Of a stretch of 64,000 nucleotides of DNA, positions 39,078 to 47,074 are shown piece by piece (the first letter of the stretch is position 1; the number at the start of each line of letters is the position of its first letter). This DNA is from Oscillospiraceae bacterium (GTDB taxonomy: Bacteria > Bacillota > Clostridia > Oscillospirales > Ruminococcaceae). Location of the stretch: positions 40,965 to 104,964 of the forward strand of contig JAFWDH010000020.1 in assembly GCA_017513135.1 (NCBI GenBank). The letters are read 5' to 3'. Both the position numbers and the translations under genes were made by a program. The notes under the pieces were generated by a model that was not told the DNA's origin, searched no databases, and saw only the letters and a program-made list of their open reading frames with translations.

Positions 39078-41735
39078 TCAGAGGATGCTGCCGTCCTTTT
39101 TTACGGTCAGCGCCTTGTAGATCATTATCGCTGCGGCATAGATCACCAGCAGGACCGCTATCCACATCATAAAACTGAGCGGAAGCTGTGAGAGGGAGAA
39201 GATATTCGCCACTCCCGTAAAGGTGATCACCAGGACCGCTGCAGTGACCAGGAATGTAGAGAAAATAAGTTCCCTTGAGGAAAAACTGGTCACGAACGGA
39301 ATCTTGTTGGTCCTCATCATATGGATGATAAGTGTCTGGGAAATGATACCGAAGGCAAACCATCCTGTCTGGAAGGAGAGAGCCTGTGCATTGTTGTTAA
39401 ATCTCATGACGAACCACAGTACCAGGAAGCAGAGGATATCCAGCAGAGAAGATATGGAGCCGAAAATGAACATGTAGTTCTTGATCCCCTTGGTATCCCA
39501 GTTCTTGGGGCTCTGAATGAGTTCCGGATCCACATTGTCGAACGGCATGCCGAGCTGTGCAAAGTCGTTCATGATGTTCTGTATCAGAATATGGATCGGA
39601 AGCATAGGCAGGAACGGGAGGAAAATGGAAGCGATGATAACGGAGATGATGTTACCGAAGTTTCCGCTCGTAGCCATCTTGATGTACTTCAGAACGTTGG
39701 TGAAGGTCTTTCTTCCGTTTGTGACGCCGGTCTCAAGAACGTTGAGGTCCTTCTCCAGAAGTATGATCCCGGCAGTCTCCTTTGCAATGTCCACTGCGGT
39801 GTCGACCGAGATGCCGACGTCAGCCTGTTTGAGGGCTGCGGAGTCGTTGATTCCGTCACCCATATACCCGACGGTCTTTCCCATCTCCTGATAGAGACGT
39901 ACGACGCGCTGTTTCTGCAGCGGCGAGAGCTTGGCGTATAGGTGGCAGTTCACCATGCGTTCCTTCAGTTTCTCGTCGTTGAAGGACTCTACCTCGCGGC
40001 CTGTGAGCATCTCCCCGACTTCTATGCCGACGCGCTCGCATACGTGCAGTGCCACGCCTTCACTGTCGCCGGTCAGGACAACCGTTTCGATTCCGTGACG
40101 CTTCAGGGCAGCGATGGCTTCGGTAGCGCTCTCTTTCGGAGGATCCAGGAATCCCACAAAGCCCAGGAGGACCATATCGGCTTCGTCGCCTACACCGAAT
40201 GTATAGATGTCGTGCACATTGTTTTTCTGTGCAACTGCGAGGACTCTGAGGCCTCCGCGGTTGTTCTCCTCATATACGGCATAGGCTTTCTTTCTGCGCT
40301 CGTCTGTGAGTTCTACGACTTCATTCCCGAGGTCGATGAATGAGCAGCAGCTCATCACCTCATCCACGGCGCCCTTGGTGATCAACTGGCGTTTTCCTTC
40401 ATCATCCTTCAGAACCACGCTCATGCGCCTTCTTGAGAAGTCGAAGGGGATCTCATCCTCGCGGACATATTTCTCCTTGAAGATGTTCATCTTTTCTCTG
40501 TCAGCCCGGTTTATGATGGCTATGTCAATGAGGTTCTTCAGGCCGGTCTGGAAGTAACTGTTCAGGAATGCATGCTTAAGGATCCTGGTGTCTTCCTCAC
40601 CGTTCACGTTCATGTATTTCTCAAGAACGATCTCATCTTCGGTGAGTGTGCCTGTCTTGTCGGTGCACAGTATATCCATCTGACCAAAGGTCTGGATCGC
40701 GCTGAGACGCTTCACTATGGTCTTCTGCTTCGACATCTCGACGGCTCCGCGTGCCATCGTGGTAGTAACGATGACCGGAAGCATCTCCGGCGTTATGCCG
40801 ACAGCGATGGTTATGGCGAAGATTATGGAATCCCAGAGATTATCCTTGGTGAACAGATTTATGACAAGGATGATGGGCAGCATAACGAGCATGAAGCGGA
40901 TCAGCAGTTTGCTGATCTCATCTATCCCCTTTTCAAAGGAGTTTTTCTCGTTTACAGCCACAAGTGATTTGGCCATGTTGCCGAAATATGTATCGTCTCC
41001 CGTGCTCAGGACGATCGCCATGGCGGAACCCGAAACGATGTTGGTCCCGCGGAAACCGATATTCGGCAGCTCAGTTATGGGTTCGATACCCTTGGCGGTG
41101 GTGAATTTTTCCACCGGGTTCGATTCTCCGGTCAGTGATGCCTGGTCGACGAATGTGTCTTTCGTCTCGAAGAACCTTACATCGGCGGGCACCATGTCTC
41201 CGGAAGAGAGTTTGAGAAGGTCTCCGGGGACCAGCTCCTCGACCTCGACGGTCTGCTGAACGCCGTCCCTGATGACTTCGATCTTGTTTGTGATAAGATT
41301 TCTCAGCTTTTTTGCCGCGGAGTCTGATCTTGCGGACTGCACGAATGATATGATGGCTGAGATGATGACCGTGCTCATTATCAGGATGAAGGTCGCATAA
41401 TCCTTTTTGACCGGCAGCATTACGTCAGTCACGAACGAAATGACCGCCACCACAAGAAGCACGATATTGAACGGATTGATTATCGCGTCCCGCAGCTGCT
41501 TCCACAGGGTGTTCTCATCTCCGAGGTCGATGCGGTTCTCACCGTATTCATCGAGGAGATCCTCGATGTTGACTATGCTCAGACCTTCGTCTGATGAATT
41601 GTACTTCTGGTAGAGCTCCTCAATGGGAAGAAGGCTGCCGACCCTGAGGTTTGCATCGACCAGTTTCTGCTTTTCGGCAATAATGTCGAATTTCTTTTTC
41701 TGCTTTTTCTTGTCTCTGCTGTTACTTGTTGACAA
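39078..41735 (-). CDS. mgtA: Mg2+-importing P-type ATPase (MgtA/MgtB type)
   Basis: TGESNPVEK, CTDKTGTLT, MTGDGINDS-type block (YMGDGINDSAAL), 10-TM layout. Likely start is TTG 41735, preceded by ACGGAGGTG. The track start at 41795 is a TTG lying inside the leader terminator T-tract. Confidence 0.85.
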   Translation of the reverse strand: MSTSNSRDKKKQKKKFDIIAEKQKLVDANLRVGSLLPIEELYQKYNSSDEGLSIVNIEDLLDEYGENRIDLGDENTLWKQLRDAIINPFNIVLLVVAVISFVTDVMLPVKKDYATFILIMSTVIISAIISFVQSARSDSAAKKLRNLITNKIEVIRDGVQQTVEVEELVPGDLLKLSSGDMVPADVRFFETKDTFVDQASLTGESNPVEKFTTAKGIEPITELPNIGFRGTNIVSGSAMAIVLSTGDDTYFGNMAKSLVAVNEKNSFEKGIDEISKLLIRFMLVMLPIILVINLFTKDNLWDSIIFAITIAVGITPEMLPVIVTTTMARGAVEMSKQKTIVKRLSAIQTFGQMDILCTDKTGTLTEDEIVLEKYMNVNGEEDTRILKHAFLNSYFQTGLKNLIDIAIINRADREKMNIFKEKYVREDEIPFDFSRRRMSVVLKDDEGKRQLITKGAVDEVMSCCSFIDLGNEVVELTDERRKKAYAVYEENNRGGLRVLAVAQKNNVHDIYTFGVGDEADMVLLGFVGFLDPPKESATEAIAALKRHGIETVVLTGDSEGVALHVCERVGIEVGEMLTGREVESFNDEKLKERMVNCHLYAKLSPLQKQRVVRLYQEMGKTVGYMGDGINDSAALKQADVGISVDTAVDIAKETAGIILLEKDLNVLETGVTNGRKTFTNVLKYIKMATSGNFGNIISVIIASIFLPFLPMLPIHILIQNIMNDFAQLGMPFDNVDPELIQSPKNWDTKGIKNYMFIFGSISSLLDILCFLVLWFVMRFNNNAQALSFQTGWFAFGIISQTLIIHMMRTNKIPFVTSFSSRELIFSTFLVTAAVLVITFTGVANIFSLSQLPLSFMMWIAVLLVIYAAAIMIYKALTVKKDGSIL

Positions 41736-41792
41736 TTCTTTACACCTCCGTATTTTCTGTTTCCGCGTGGGTCTGCGGATCAGGGGGAGGGG

Positions 41793-41832
41793 CAAAATAA
41801 AAGCCTGAAAGGCAACATTGGGCTTTCAGGCG
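41793..41832 (-). terminator. Intrinsic terminator inside the mgtA 5' leader (attenuator)
   Basis: Minus strand: GCCTGAAAG-(loop)-CTTTCAGGC followed by TTTTATTTTG. It ends about 55 nt upstream of the mgtA RBS and downstream of the leader promoter. Confidence 0.7.
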
Positions 41833-41857
41833 TTTTCAGCAATTTAAAGGCGCATGA

Positions 41858-41950
41858 TCAGATTCCGGGATCGTGAAAAACCGGAATGGCAGAACATGTT
41901 GATAAATGCTTCAAACTACTTCGCCCAACGCCTTGATCGTTGTTTTCCAA
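41858..41950 (-). CDS. Possible 30-codon leader ORF in the mgtA leader (speculative)
   Basis: AGGAGGTG, 6 nt, then TTG 41950. Encodes (M)ENNDQGVGRSSLKHLSTCSAIPVFHDPGI. The stop is 25 nt upstream of the leader terminator. It is the tail of the 108-aa track ORF. Confidence 0.2.
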   Translation of the reverse strand: MENNDQGVGRSSLKHLSTCSAIPVFHDPGI

Positions 41951-41974
41951 GTTTTTCACCTCCTGTTTTTGGAT

Positions 41975-41990
41975 AAGAGGATTATAGCAC
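41975..41990 (-). promoter_or_regulatory. Extended -10 promoter element for the mgtA leader
   Basis: Minus strand: TGcTATAAT (TATAAT = 41986-41981). The -35 is weak. Confidence 0.5.
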
Positions 41991-42113
41991 AGTAAACTGC
42001 TAAATTGAATATTATGTTTTTGATAAAACAGGCAAAATCCAAGTATAATTAAATGCGATGCCGTTTGCGGTATCGCATTGCATACAATGATCTGGTATTG
42101 AGAGGAAACGGAT

Positions 42114-43208
42114 TTGTACAGGATATTCGTTATCAACCCGGGGTCGACTTCAACCAAGGTTGCGCTGTTTGAGGACGACCGCAATATTTGGGAGAAGAAG
42201 ATATTTCACGAGGCAGATACGCTTGCTGCGTACGGTTCTGTCAACGACCAGCTGGATTACAGATACTCTGTGATCTGCGATACCCTGAATGAGGACGGCA
42301 TAGATCTTTCCGGGATCGATGCCATAGCTTGCAGAGGAGGCAGTTCATATACTGTTGAAAGCGGCGTATATTCTGTGAGTAGAAAGATGATCGAGGATAC
42401 CAGAAATGCTGTCGGTGGGGCGGAGCATGCGTCGATGCTGGGCGTTCAGCTCGGAGAGATGTTCATGAAACGCTTCGGCGGGCAGCTCTTTACAAGAGAT
42501 CCCATAGTAGTGGACGAGTACTGCGATAATGCGAGGATGACCGGGGTCAGAGGACTGTACAGATCGCTCTCTTCTCATGCGCTCAATCAGAAAGCGGTAG
42601 CCAGGAGATACGCATCGCTGAGCGGCAGGAACTATGAGGATATGGATCTTATCGTGGCTCATATCGACGGCGGCATCACGGTTGCAGCGCACAGACACGG
42701 CAGGATGATCGATTGCAACAGCGGCGCCGGCGGAGACGGACCGTATACGCCGAGCAGGATAGGAAGCATAGGTGTGGCGGACCTGCTCGGATCAGGTCTT
42801 CTGAATGATCCGGAGAAGTTCTATCATATGTGCAATATCGGCGGCGGACTGACCGATCTTCTCGGAACAAACGATGCCGATCTGGTCCTGAAAATGATAG
42901 AGGAAGGTGACAGGTCGGCGAGAAGAGCATGGGACGGAATGATCTATCAGATATGCAAACAGATAGGGGCGATGGCCGCCGTGCTTGAGGGCAATGCGGA
43001 AGCCATACTCCTCACCGGAGGTCTGGTCAGGTATGACAGTGTCGCCGAAAGCATCAGACGTAGATGCGAGTGGATAGCACCTGTCCATGTGTTCCCGGGC
43101 GAGGAGGAGATGGAAGCGCTTGCTGACGGAGCTCTCCGGGTGCTCAGAGGCGAGATCAAGGCCGGGAACTATACCGGAAAGCCGGTATTCAGCGGATTTG
43201 AAGACTGA
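42114..43208 (+). CDS. buk: Butyrate kinase
   Basis: (TTG)YRIFVINPGSTSTKVALFEDD... ASKHA-fold N-terminus typical of Buk. ...HIDGGITVAAHRHGRMID... No ptb gene is adjacent. Confidence 0.85.
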   Translation: MYRIFVINPGSTSTKVALFEDDRNIWEKKIFHEADTLAAYGSVNDQLDYRYSVICDTLNEDGIDLSGIDAIACRGGSSYTVESGVYSVSRKMIEDTRNAVGGAEHASMLGVQLGEMFMKRFGGQLFTRDPIVVDEYCDNARMTGVRGLYRSLSSHALNQKAVARRYASLSGRNYEDMDLIVAHIDGGITVAAHRHGRMIDCNSGAGGDGPYTPSRIGSIGVADLLGSGLLNDPEKFYHMCNIGGGLTDLLGTNDADLVLKMIEEGDRSARRAWDGMIYQICKQIGAMAAVLEGNAEAILLTGGLVRYDSVAESIRRRCEWIAPVHVFPGEEEMEALADGALRVLRGEIKAGNYTGKPVFSGFED

Positions 43209-43215
43209 AAGTGAA

Positions 43216-44871
43216 TCAGTCCAGTCCGTATTCCTTCATCTTGCGGTAAAGCGTCGCTTTGCTAATCCCCAGAGCCTGGGCTGCGGCAAGTTTTCCGTTT
43301 GGACCGGTATATTTCAGAAGAGCTTCTTTTATGAGGCTCTTTTCATTTTGCCTCAAGTTCAGGTCGGTGCTGCCGTCTGTGAGGTCCGGAACTGCGGCTA
43401 CATCCTTGTCAGTGATGGTCCCTGTCGTATTGTTCGTGATCAGGAAGCCCATCGTATGCTCAAGCTGCATAAGGTTTCCGGGCCATGTGTATGACATGAG
43501 CTTTGCCTTTGCGGTCTTCGTTATCCTTATCTTGCGGTTGTCCAGCACTTTATACTTATCGATGCAGTCGTCGATATAGAACTCCATATCGTCATGACGC
43601 TCCCGTATCGGAGGGACGCGGAGGAAAGCGGGATAAAAGAGCATGTAAAGACGGTTTATCATTATGTTCATCCGCACAAGCTCTTCCGCTGAATCGGTGG
43701 ATGTCGCGATGATCCTTATATCATTGGCGCTGAGTACCGGAGCGGAATCGACCAGCTTGCGCTGAAGCCAGGGAGACAGCTTTGATACCTCTTTGAGGCA
43801 GATGGTGACGTGATGCCGTGAGATCATCCCTTCATTCTCATCAAATACATTGTTGGCAAAAGTCAGATCAAAAAAGGAGTTGCAGTCCAGTATGATCAGT
43901 TCCTCTGATGAGCGTTCGCTGGAGTTGTGAATGGCCCGCGCCCATGTCTCCTTGCCCAGTCCGCGCTCGCCCTCCAGGAAGATGAAGCGGCTTGTATTGT
44001 ACAGACTTACAGCAGAGCGCTTGAAAGCCTCGAATCCCTCGCTGGTCCCCTGAAGGTAATCGATGGAGACCTGGCTTATGCTGTCCTGGAACACGGGCTT
44101 GGAAGGTATCACGTTTCTGTCAGCGCGGATCAGCTCGAGGCGGTCGCAGAATGGCAGTTCAGCCGGCAGCAGCCTGTACTCCGCGGTTAGATCCGCGGTG
44201 TCATCGGATGTCTTCAGGGTGATGTCAGAGCTCCTGCGGGACAGAAGGACCGATACCTGAGATCCGGTATTTATTTCCATGGTTCCCCCCGAGGCTGAGC
44301 GGACATAGGAGGCGGCAGATTCGCTCAGATCCGATATCCTGCGGTTGCGCATCAGGATAATCGGAGCGTCGCTGCTCTGTACCAGTCCCGTTACGGCGTC
44401 TTTGTATGTGGAGGCGTTGATTCCGTCGATGACACCTTTTGCAAGTGCCGATATGATCTCTGCCAGCTGGCTTATCAGATCGCGGTAGTTTTTTTCGGAT
44501 GCGCGGATCCTGTCAAGTACTTCAGTATCATTGCAGTGAGCACAGATGACTCCTGCACACCGGTTGTCCAGAAAGAGAGGGTACGCGGCGTCTGCCAGGT
44601 AAATGCAGCTGTCACGGTAATCGCATCTTGCGCACAGTGAGTTTGTCCTTCCGAGAATGAAGATGGGCTGTCTCGTACGCTTTGCGTGTTCCGCAAGAGA
44701 GAAATTGTTTTGCACGCGCTCTCCGGGGATGTAGTTTGATAAGCCGTTTCCTGCGATCCTGGACATATTCTCGTCAAGCACATCGAAGGACAGGCCGGAT
44801 AACTGAGAATACACATCCAGTTCGTTCTGGATCAGTTCTGCTATATCGGAAAGTGTCGAACGCTTTAGCAT
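43216..44871 (-). CDS. Sigma-54-activator-like transcription regulator with degenerate AAA+ core (no GAFTGA), Cys-rich N-domain and Fis-type HTH
   Basis: Retains GERGLGKE (Walker A-like), DIRIIATS, VPPIRERHDD, TWPGNLMQLEH and C-terminal AAAQALGISKATLYRKMKEYGL. Lacks GAFTGA, and Walker B reads CLKEV. The N-domain carries C-x2-C-x5-C-x15-C-x4-C-x2-C. Confidence 0.75.
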   Translation of the reverse strand: MLKRSTLSDIAELIQNELDVYSQLSGLSFDVLDENMSRIAGNGLSNYIPGERVQNNFSLAEHAKRTRQPIFILGRTNSLCARCDYRDSCIYLADAAYPLFLDNRCAGVICAHCNDTEVLDRIRASEKNYRDLISQLAEIISALAKGVIDGINASTYKDAVTGLVQSSDAPIILMRNRRISDLSESAASYVRSASGGTMEINTGSQVSVLLSRRSSDITLKTSDDTADLTAEYRLLPAELPFCDRLELIRADRNVIPSKPVFQDSISQVSIDYLQGTSEGFEAFKRSAVSLYNTSRFIFLEGERGLGKETWARAIHNSSERSSEELIILDCNSFFDLTFANNVFDENEGMISRHHVTICLKEVSKLSPWLQRKLVDSAPVLSANDIRIIATSTDSAEELVRMNIMINRLYMLFYPAFLRVPPIRERHDDMEFYIDDCIDKYKVLDNRKIRITKTAKAKLMSYTWPGNLMQLEHTMGFLITNNTTGTITDKDVAAVPDLTDGSTDLNLRQNEKSLIKEALLKYTGPNGKLAAAQALGISKATLYRKMKEYGLD

Positions 44872-45044
44872 GGTAGCACCTCAAATCTCATATTGAGACA
44901 ATTGTATCAAAATGAGAAACTAAAGTCCAATTCACCCGGATAATCTGAATGTCAGTTCATCAATGGAACGCAGGAAGGTCTAAGAAAGGAAAACAGTTAT
45001 ATAATGATATCGGTAGAAAATGCGATTGAGAAAGGAAGAAGTCA

Positions 45045-45914
45045 ATGATCTGTAAAGAGATTCCGCAGGTGCTGTACTGCCACATCGGCGGTTCAGGAAC
45101 GTGGGGATGCGAGTTCCCCGAGGATATCCATTTCGAGGGACTGACCGTTCTTAAGACAGGGATGGAATTTGAGACCCCGTACGGGACTACAGTTCCCATG
45201 AAGCTCTACGAACTTGACGCATCTGTTACAGCTGACGGAAAACCGCGCCAGGTCCTGTTCTGCCCGTTCCACGGCTGGGCAAACGAATCGCCCATGTATG
45301 ACACGCCGAGCGAAAGACTGTTTTGGGTCCTTCAGAGAGCCGGAGTCAAGTACATTCTCACCGACGGCAGCGGCGGCGGGATCAATCCGCTTATGGAGCC
45401 GGGCGATATGATCGCTCCTACGGATCTAATTGACCTCACCAAGAGGATCTCTTATCTGGAGCAGTTCAATAAGAATGTCGTCAGGATGAGAAACATCGTC
45501 TGCAAGGATCTGCACGATATACTCGTTGAAGAGGCAAAGAAGGAGTTCCCCAGGGTATTCCGCACCGGTGTGATGGCGGTAATGGAAGGACCCCGCTTTG
45601 AGTCTCCTGCCGAGATCAGGATGCTGTACGATATGCACTGCGATATCTGCGGTCAGACAATGATGCCGGAAGCTTCTCTGGCGAGAGCGATAGGAGCACT
45701 TTATGCTTCCATTTATCTGGTCAGCAATTATGCAGAAGGGATCAATCCCGACTGGGAGAAAGAGATCCACGAGATTTATGAGGATACCGCCACTACTACA
45801 GGCAAGGTGATGATCAGGGCAATGGCCGCCATCGATCCCACAAAGATCACTGAAAAGGCTGAAGATTACTGGATCCGTACCAATATCGGCGAACACAACA
45901 CAGGTAAGGAATAA
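45045..45914 (+). CDS. MTAP/PNP-family (trimeric-type) purine or methylthio-nucleoside phosphorylase
   Basis: IGGSGTWG phosphate loop, ...ILTDGSGGGINPLMEPGDMIAPTDLID..., VMEGPRFESPAEIRMLYDMHCDICGQTMMPEASLARAIG parallels MTAP IEGPRFSSRAE...GADVINMTTVPE. Confidence 0.75.
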   Translation: MICKEIPQVLYCHIGGSGTWGCEFPEDIHFEGLTVLKTGMEFETPYGTTVPMKLYELDASVTADGKPRQVLFCPFHGWANESPMYDTPSERLFWVLQRAGVKYILTDGSGGGINPLMEPGDMIAPTDLIDLTKRISYLEQFNKNVVRMRNIVCKDLHDILVEEAKKEFPRVFRTGVMAVMEGPRFESPAEIRMLYDMHCDICGQTMMPEASLARAIGALYASIYLVSNYAEGINPDWEKEIHEIYEDTATTTGKVMIRAMAAIDPTKITEKAEDYWIRTNIGEHNTGKE

Positions 45915-45965
45915 TACAGCTAATAAACAGTCCCGTAACGGGATCAAATAAACAGGAGAAAAAGA

Positions 45966-46991
45966 ATGGAAAAAATGAAGAAGTTTCTGGCGCTTCTGCT
46001 CATAGCAGTCCTGGCTCTCAGCCTCGCTGCCTGTGGGAAGAAGGAAGAAGAGGAAGTCGAAGAAGGCTTCAAGTTCGCGCTGGTCATCGGCGTCGGCGGA
46101 CTCGGAGACGGCTCCTTCAATGACACGCTCAAGAAGGGCTGCGATGATGCGTGCGTAAAGTACGGCATCGACGGATATCAGCTCATCGAGCCCAAGGAAG
46201 TTGCAGAGTTTGAAGGACACTTCACAGATCTCTCGGCTTCAGGAGAATATGACCTTATCGTTGCCGGCGGATTTGACGCCATCGACGCAATGGGCAAGGT
46301 CGCTGCGGAATTCCCCGATCAGAAGTATCTGTTCGTGGACGGCGAAGTACCGGACCGCAGCAATGTCACAAGCGTTACGTACTGGGACAATGAGAAGACC
46401 TACATGCTGGGCATTATGTCCGCAATGGAGACCAAGACAAACAAGCTCGGTATCGTTCTTGCTCTGGATATCCCCTCTCTGAGGATATTCTCTTCCGGAT
46501 TCATGGCCGGTGCATGGTCTGTGAATCCCGACATCCAGATCAGTGTCAAGGTAGTCGGCGGTTTTGCCGATACCACAACAGGCAAGGAGCTTGCCCTGGC
46601 ACTCAGAGACGAAGGCTGTGACATCGTTTTCGCAGCTGCCGGCGGTTCAGGCCTCGGATGCATCGCTGCCGCAGAGGAGTCCGGTGACTTCCGCATCGTC
46701 GGCGTAGACACGAACCAGTGCCTGCTCAGCCCGGACACAGTCATGGTAAGCGGAATGCGTCTCATGGATGTCACTGTCTGCAACGGAATCGGTGAAGCTA
46801 TCGACGGCACGCTCATAGGCGGCCATCAGGCACAGGGCCTCAAGGCCGGTGCTGTTACCTTCACGATCGACGGATCACGCTGCGCCCCCTCTGACGAAGC
46901 CGTCAAGGCCGCAGAGCAGGCCAGAGAAGACATCATCTCCGGAAAGATCACAGTCCCCTACACCTATGAAGAAGTAGGTTTCGAAGGCTAA
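45966..46991 (+). CDS. BMP-family (PnrA/Med-like) lipoprotein, nucleoside ABC substrate-binding protein
   Basis: Lipobox LSLAAC-GKKEEEEVEEG. FKFALVIGVGGLGDGSFND is the typical BMP-family start. Confidence 0.8.
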   Translation: MEKMKKFLALLLIAVLALSLAACGKKEEEEVEEGFKFALVIGVGGLGDGSFNDTLKKGCDDACVKYGIDGYQLIEPKEVAEFEGHFTDLSASGEYDLIVAGGFDAIDAMGKVAAEFPDQKYLFVDGEVPDRSNVTSVTYWDNEKTYMLGIMSAMETKTNKLGIVLALDIPSLRIFSSGFMAGAWSVNPDIQISVKVVGGFADTTTGKELALALRDEGCDIVFAAAGGSGLGCIAAAEESGDFRIVGVDTNQCLLSPDTVMVSGMRLMDVTVCNGIGEAIDGTLIGGHQAQGLKAGAVTFTIDGSRCAPSDEAVKAAEQAREDIISGKITVPYTYEEVGFEG

Positions 46992-47006
46992 TCAACAGAT
47001 GATCAG

Positions 47007-47044
47007 GCAGGTGCGCTGCTGGAAGGCAGTCGCACCTGCTTTCC
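47007..47044 (+). terminator. Intra-operon hairpin after the binding-protein gene (partial terminator/stabiliser)
   Basis: GCAGGTGCG-(15 nt)-CGCACCTGC followed by TTTCC. Confidence 0.45.
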
Positions 47045-47074
47045 ACAAACAAGACTTTTCAAGGAAGATACGCA

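Noticed and set aside
41111-41131. tRNA T-arm-like sequence GGGTTCGATTCTCCGG on the plus strand.
   Set aside because: It is the reverse complement of the codons for the conserved TGESNPV motif of the P-type ATPase. No acceptor or anticodon arms surround it.
39078-41795. Track start codon (TTG 41795) for mgtA, giving an N-terminal MPLPLIRRPTRKQKIRRCKE extension.
   Set aside because: That TTG lies within the T-tract of the leader terminator, and the extension would be translated through the real RBS (ACGGAGGTG). TTG 41735 directly after the RBS is the more plausible start.
41796-42000. M-box (ykoK) riboswitch upstream of mgtA.
   Set aside because: The leader has a terminator and competing helices, and is reported as a finding. 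However, the M-box signature sequences are absent on visual inspection, so I do not label it M-box.
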